This document shows, in pieces, positions 26,771 through 30,000 of a DNA stretch of 30,000 nt (positions within the stretch are counted from its first letter, which is position 1; every line of letters starts with the position of its first letter). Under the pieces are notes generated by a model. It did no database searches, was not told the DNA's origin, and worked only from the letters and a program-made list of their open reading frames with translations. Both the position numbers and the translations under genes were made by a program. The stretch covers positions 1-30,000 of the forward strand of contig CAWVXU010000025.1 of NCBI GenBank assembly GCA_963934255.1. The letters are read 5' to 3'. This DNA comes from an uncultured Fibrobacterales bacterium (lineage in GTDB: Bacteria; Fibrobacterota; Fibrobacteria; Fibrobacterales; CAWVXU01).

Positions 26771-27088
26771 CTAACTCACAATATCCATTAATGAGCCAAT
26801 TATTTCATCCTGTGTTTTAACCACACTTGCATTGGCTTTATAGGTACTTTCAATAAGCATTTGCTCTGGCATCTCGACCTCAAGTCTTGTTCCAGAAAAC
26901 TGAGGACTTGAGTTGGGCACTTTTTGAATGTGTGAAACTCGTGTCCCTTGATTGCCTGAAGCTTCAGTCTGGTGCACTGTGGATTCTTCAAAGCCTTTTG
27001 TGTTCGAATTTGCTACGTCGTGTGAGGAAACAGCTTGACGAGTGTCAAGTGTTCTTAAAGCGGAGATTGAAGCGCCAAATGATATCAT
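26771..27088 (-). CDS. Small flagellar basal-body rod/hook-type protein (FlgC/FlgE-like termini only)
   Basis: N-terminal VANSNTKGF; C-terminal EM..QM....YKANA.VVKT.DE..GSLMDI. Confidence 0.82.
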   Translation of the reverse strand: MISFGASISALRTLDTRQAVSSHDVANSNTKGFEESTVHQTEASGNQGTRVSHIQKVPNSSPQFSGTRLEVEMPEQMLIESTYKANASVVKTQDEIIGSLMDIVS

Positions 27089-27094
27089 ATCATT

Positions 27095-27123
27095 AATTTA
27101 GTGTATTAAAAAAGAGAAATCAA
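27095..27123 (-). promoter_or_regulatory. Putative sigma-70 promoter giving a leaderless transcript
   Basis: TTGATT - 17 nt - TAAATT - 6 nt - ATG; no SD. Confidence 0.5.
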
Positions 27124-27163
27124 GTGATTTCCCTTAAAATTGGCTTTGTCGAGTCCAATACTC

Positions 27164-27922
27164 TTATTTCTGAGTGAGAATAGCTCGCATTTCAGCTTTT
27201 TGGATTAAGTCCTTCATTTCCCTAACAGCCTCCTGAATACCCACAAGCATTGCCCTAGCCATAATACTATGTCCAATGTTCAATTCTTGAATACCTGGAA
27301 TTGCAGCAATATCATGGATGTTTTGGTAATTAAGCCCATGCCCTGCATTGACACCTAGTCCATTTCTTTGAGCTAAGTTGACGTGATCAATAATTGAGTT
27401 AAGTTCATTTTCATACTCTTCAGGGGTTCCTAATTCAAATGCATTTGCAAAATTCCCCGTGTGAAATTCAATAAAGTCTGCCCCGGCTTTTTTACTTGCT
27501 TTAACTTGTTTTGTATCAGGTTCAATGAAAAGAGATACGGCAATGTCATGATTCTTTAAAGCTGCAATTGATTTTTCAATTCGATCCTGGTGTCCGACAA
27601 CATTTAGGCCACCTTCTGTTGTTAATTCCTGTCTATTTTCAGGCACTAAAGTGACCATGTCGGGAAGTATTTGAATTGCAAGTTGAACCATTTCCGGTGT
27701 AGCGGCCATCTCCAAATTTAGGTGCGTGGCGACAGTCTGACGTAAAAGCCGTACATCTCGTTCCTGAATGTGACGACGATCCTCTCTTAAGTGGACAGTA
27801 ATACCGTCAGCTCCTGCTAATTCAGCTAGAGCTGCAGCTGAAACTGGATCGGGCTCTCTTACTTTTCTTGCTTCTCTTACGGTTGCTACATGATCAATAT
27901 TGACGCCTAAAGTTTTACGCAT
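27164..27922 (-). CDS. pdxJ: Pyridoxine 5'-phosphate synthase
   Basis: [40 protein letters not shown] and ELNIGH motifs; SD AGGAG. Confidence 0.98.
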   Translation of the reverse strand: MRKTLGVNIDHVATVREARKVREPDPVSAAALAELAGADGITVHLREDRRHIQERDVRLLRQTVATHLNLEMAATPEMVQLAIQILPDMVTLVPENRQELTTEGGLNVVGHQDRIEKSIAALKNHDIAVSLFIEPDTKQVKASKKAGADFIEFHTGNFANAFELGTPEEYENELNSIIDHVNLAQRNGLGVNAGHGLNYQNIHDIAAIPGIQELNIGHSIMARAMLVGIQEAVREMKDLIQKAEMRAILTQK

Positions 27923-27931
27923 AATAAACTC

Positions 27932-29035
27932 CTACATTTCATCTAAACTCACCAATTGTGTGCCTTGGCTAGTCATTTTTTCAATTTTATTTGTGACAAT
28001 CTTAATATTCTCAACTGATGCAGCTAAAACTAGAATATTCTTTCCAGTTTTTCTGGCGCTCATTAACGCCGAATCAATTTTCGCCTCGGTTGATTTTGAT
28101 TTTTTGGTGGGACTCGTGAATAAACAGTCAACCCCTGTTTTGATACAGGTATTTTTCAATAGTGGTCTATTGGACGTCATGACATCAATAAACTGAAGTT
28201 TGTTTTTCTTTAATACTTTGAAAACTTTATCCAAGAGGATTGAGTTTTTTCTAGCTAGACCACCATGTTTGAATGCCACCCATTGCGCGTCTTGATTGTT
28301 TTTAAAAATAGAATGGATATAAGATTCGATTTGTTGCTCAGTATAATATATGCGAATGAGTTCACCGTACATTGTTTGATTATCGTCAGGGGGCTGCAGT
28401 GCGCCTAGTATGGTTCTTGATTGAGCAGGAATTCTACTTAAGTCTTCTACTAACTTTTTTGTAGATTTTTTATTTTCATACATCAGGTTGAGCGGAGCTT
28501 TAAATTCGTTGATTGCGTTAAGAAGTTTAATATCAGCCTTTTTTACTTTAAAAACAATTGCAAGTTTTGAAGAGGCATTTAAATAAGTTGTTCCTTTTTC
28601 AATACGAAGTTGATGTTTTTTTGGGCTTCCGGGGCAATTCCAATTGAGTATAACAAAATTACTTGATGTGTGCTCCTTGAGCTTAGTAATAGTGCAGCCT
28701 AAAGAACTAAGAGTGTTTGTTGCTTGATGAACTTGAAGAAGAAATGGAAAGCCTTTATGCAATCGCCAAAGCGGTATTTTCCTTTTCCAATCAGTTTTCT
28801 TTTTTGAAGGGTTGAGTAATTCACTTAGTACTTCAATTGAATTTTTGGGTTTTGGTAAATCAATTTCCATTGTATCTTTAATTAATGAATCATTTAAGTT
28901 GCTTATACCTCGATTGTATTTTTTGTGTGATAAAACAAATTGAGGTTCTAGCTCAAGCCATAAGGGGGTAAAGTGCCCTAGTATCAAAATGATAAGGCTT
29001 GCAATCAGAACATTTTTAATTTGATAAAGTTTCAT
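27932..29035 (-). CDS. Membrane-anchored, degenerate divergent polysaccharide deacetylase (YibQ-like) family protein
   Basis: N-terminal TM; KLAIV.., HGG, LKKNKLQFID..TS, ARKTG and G.QLVSL follow the family layout, with conserved acidic/Asn residues replaced. Confidence 0.6.
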   Translation of the reverse strand: MKLYQIKNVLIASLIILILGHFTPLWLELEPQFVLSHKKYNRGISNLNDSLIKDTMEIDLPKPKNSIEVLSELLNPSKKKTDWKRKIPLWRLHKGFPFLLQVHQATNTLSSLGCTITKLKEHTSSNFVILNWNCPGSPKKHQLRIEKGTTYLNASSKLAIVFKVKKADIKLLNAINEFKAPLNLMYENKKSTKKLVEDLSRIPAQSRTILGALQPPDDNQTMYGELIRIYYTEQQIESYIHSIFKNNQDAQWVAFKHGGLARKNSILLDKVFKVLKKNKLQFIDVMTSNRPLLKNTCIKTGVDCLFTSPTKKSKSTEAKIDSALMSARKTGKNILVLAASVENIKIVTNKIEKMTSQGTQLVSLDEM

Positions 29036-29064
29036 AAGATAAATATAGCTAGAATGGAGAAATT

Positions 29065-29976
29065 TTGATTATCGGAATCATCACGGGTGCAACTGGAGTT
29101 GGCAAAACAAATTGCGTACTTAAGCTGGCGCAAGAATTAAATGCCGAGATAATAAATGCAGATTCTAGGCAAGTATATCAGGATGTGGCCATAGGTGTTG
29201 CTAGTCCAACCCAAGATGAGTATCAATTAATTAAGCATCATTTATTTGATTTTGTCCCTCTTTGTCAAAAATATAGCGTTGGCCAATTCTATAGAGAAGT
29301 AAAAGAGCTGGTAGAATTAAATCCAAACAAAAAGTTTATTGTTGTAGGGGGGACTGGTTTTTACATAAAGGCACTGATTGATGGCTTGTCTGAAATACCT
29401 TTGATTTCAAGCAAAACTAAAGAGCTAATTATGGAAAAATATTCATCCGAAGGGCTTCCTAGTTTATATCAAGAGTTAGGGTTGATTGACCCAAAATCAC
29501 ATCAGCGGATAAGTGTCCATGACACAAATCGAATTCTTCGCGCTATAGAGGTGTATTATGAGACAGGCAAGCCATGGAGCTACTATCAAAATGTAAAGTC
29601 TTTACCATTATTTAAAGGAAAAATTAGTGTATTAAGTAGACCAAGAGAAATTTTATATGATAGAATTAACCGTCGAGTCGTTAAAATGGTTAACTCAGGT
29701 TGGCTTAGTGAAATTGATGGAATTATTCAAAAGGGATTTAGTTTTGAAGAACCTGGTTTAAATGCACTAGGTTACAGAGAGTTGCATCGTTGTCAATACC
29801 TCAATGATTCAACAACAGAAGCGATTGAGACTATTCAGAAAAAAACAAGAAATTATGCAAAAAGACAATTAACCTACATGAGAGGTCAATTTGATAGAAA
29901 ACAAGAGTTTAATTTAGAGTTAGAGGGCGTTTTCACTGACATTTTAATCTTTTTTAAAGAAAATAAACTTTTTTAA
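29065..29976 (+). CDS. miaA: tRNA dimethylallyltransferase
   Basis: GATGVGKT, DSRQVY, VGGTGFY, RILRAIEV, ALGY.E and TRNYAKRQ.T motifs; TTG start after GGAG. Confidence 0.96.
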   Translation: MIIGIITGATGVGKTNCVLKLAQELNAEIINADSRQVYQDVAIGVASPTQDEYQLIKHHLFDFVPLCQKYSVGQFYREVKELVELNPNKKFIVVGGTGFYIKALIDGLSEIPLISSKTKELIMEKYSSEGLPSLYQELGLIDPKSHQRISVHDTNRILRAIEVYYETGKPWSYYQNVKSLPLFKGKISVLSRPREILYDRINRRVVKMVNSGWLSEIDGIIQKGFSFEEPGLNALGYRELHRCQYLNDSTTEAIETIQKKTRNYAKRQLTYMRGQFDRKQEFNLELEGVFTDILIFFKENKLF

Positions 29977-30000
29977 ACAAAAACAGTTGACCGTTAATCT

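Overview
AT-rich, gene-dense bacterial chromosome segment with no mobile element, CRISPR array or rRNA. The gene content and the S20 sequence suggest a flagellated member of the FCB superphylum, probably Fibrobacterota (an inference from recall, not from a search). Housekeeping genes are folC, galE, rpsT, cyoE/ctaB, dapL, pdxJ, miaA and tRNA-Ser(TGA). Accessory blocks: (1) a glycan cluster with two paralogous TagB/TagF-like transferases, a degenerate GT-like gene and galE; (2) a small gene with a near-perfect sigma-28 promoter and a GGA-loop leader hairpin; (3) a translationally coupled seven-gene operon linking a tailed MglA GTPase and an MglB-like protein to two uncharacterised outer-membrane barrel proteins and a diguanylate cyclase, which is the best candidate for an undescribed system; (4) an unannotated Crp/Fnr pseudogene remnant ahead of SCO-cyoE; (5) a consensus CRP box between a DUF3078 gene and a barrel-plus-two-lipoprotein operon; (6) a GAF/HD-GYP gene that appears to start at ATC, with a consensus FNR box overlapping its Shine-Dalgarno. 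All family calls come from motif recognition by eye.
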